From assembly GCF_009914755.1 (NCBI RefSeq), contig NC_060925.1: a stretch of DNA of 64,000 bases; one strand, 5' to 3'. The position numbers were made by a program, and so were the translations under genes. This DNA comes from the human T2T-CHM13v2.0 reference genome, Homo sapiens. Positions 62,748-64,000 of the stretch are shown piece after piece; position 1 is the stretch's first letter, and each line of letters opens with the position of its first letter. The notes beneath the pieces are model-generated. The model searched no databases, was not told the DNA's origin, and was given only the letters and a program-made list of their open reading frames with translations.

Positions 62748-64000
62748 AATTGAGTTTTTTAAACTCCAATCAGCTGAGCAGTACAGTCATAATGAGTCAG
62801 TCAGTCATCCACCAGCACTGGCTAGGCACTGTGAAGGAGTCAAAATAAACCCAAGACATGCTTCCTGTCCTCAAGGAGTGGATCACAGCTCCAAAGACAC
62901 AGGCTTCATAGATGAGAAGTAGGTCAGTACTAAACAGTATTGTAGGTGTTCTACGTTCAATAATTCACAGGCAAACTGACTGTCACAGGCTACAGACCAG
63001 ATAGGGTTTTGATCCCTATCTGGGATCCCCTATTTTGTGTCAGAAAGCATCCATCTTTCCAAAAATAGAAGGCACCTGAGGAGGTGGTGTGTGACAACAT
63101 GGGTGACAACACCAGAGGGTAGGGGACCCTTCTCAGGAAGGAAGCTCCAGGCCTTGCTCCACAACCTCTGTTACATTCTCCAAAGAGTTTAGAAGTAACA
63201 CTGGAGTTGGTGAGAATTCAGATACATGAGGAGAAGCGAAGAGGAGGAAACAGCCTGGAAATAGCCTCAGAAACCTCAGACACCCAGAAGTGACAACCAT
63301 AAAAATAACCAGACAACCACTGCAAGGGACTGTGACTGCGACTGCCATTCACTTAATCCATTTTTCTTGACTACCCACCATGTGTACCGCATTTGCAAGA
63401 TACAGTGAGCCCTTGGCTTCAAGGTGCTTGTGATCTAGTCACACAGTCAGGTGGACCACTGAATAACATATGAGCTGGGTCCCCGTCCATCTTTACACAG
63501 CTCTCCACTCAGTGCCTGGCTCAGGGTGGGCATGCTGTATTTACAGCATGAAAAAATGAATGGAAGAATGAACAGAAGTGCCCAATGCAGACATACACAG
63601 CATGTGTTATGGGCTCTTGACTTCAACCAGGGAGGTAGCATGTTTGAAGCCTGGGCAAGAGAAAATTAAAGCTCCCATGCATGTTAGGAAGTGATTGCCT
63701 GGACCGGAGTCTGAAATCTCGATTTGAGCTCTTCTCTCTCCCCCTTTCACATCGGAGAGAAGATAAAAACAACCAGATCGGACCAACTCATCTCAGCAAG
63801 AATGGAGGGAGTCCCTTCCTATGTTCACACTCCTTTTCTTAACTTTTCCACATTGGACAGCACCCAGAAAACCTCCAGTGTGTCCGTCGCAGGAAACACC
63901 CTCTCTTCTCATCTGTAATTTCCTTGAGAGCATTTCCTTGTCATATTCTGTATCCTCCACAGCCCTTAATGCCCTGTGCTCCTTTCCTCATATGGCTGCT

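Overview
Human genomic DNA (about 65 Alu elements or fragments, including a human-specific AluYb8), recognisable as the IL6R/SHE locus at 1q21.3. The + strand carries the 3' half of IL6R: exons 7-10 (stalk, transmembrane exon 9, cytoplasmic tail) and a ~4 kb 3'UTR ending near 32600. The - strand carries coding exons 2-6 of the SH2 adaptor SHE and its ~4.7 kb 3'UTR ending near 42620, so the two genes are convergent. All nine exons were checked for GT-AG boundaries and frame continuity; exon numbers come from my knowledge of the genes. This haplotype encodes IL6R Ala358 (GCT, the rs2228145 minor allele) rather than Asp358. Other points of note: an exact 20-bp tandem duplication of the SHE exon 3 splice acceptor that creates a competing frameshifting AG; a (TG)24 repeat replacing an Alu tail just after IL6R exon 8; inverted Alus around the skippable TM exon and inside the SHE 3'UTR; a three-level L1>ERV1-LTR>LTR13 nest; and several perfect hairpins with template-switch signatures. 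I see no support for a novel protein-coding gene. The long ORFs in the track are Alu- or microsatellite-derived, or are exon read-through frames. Repeat coordinates and subfamily calls are by eye and approximate.
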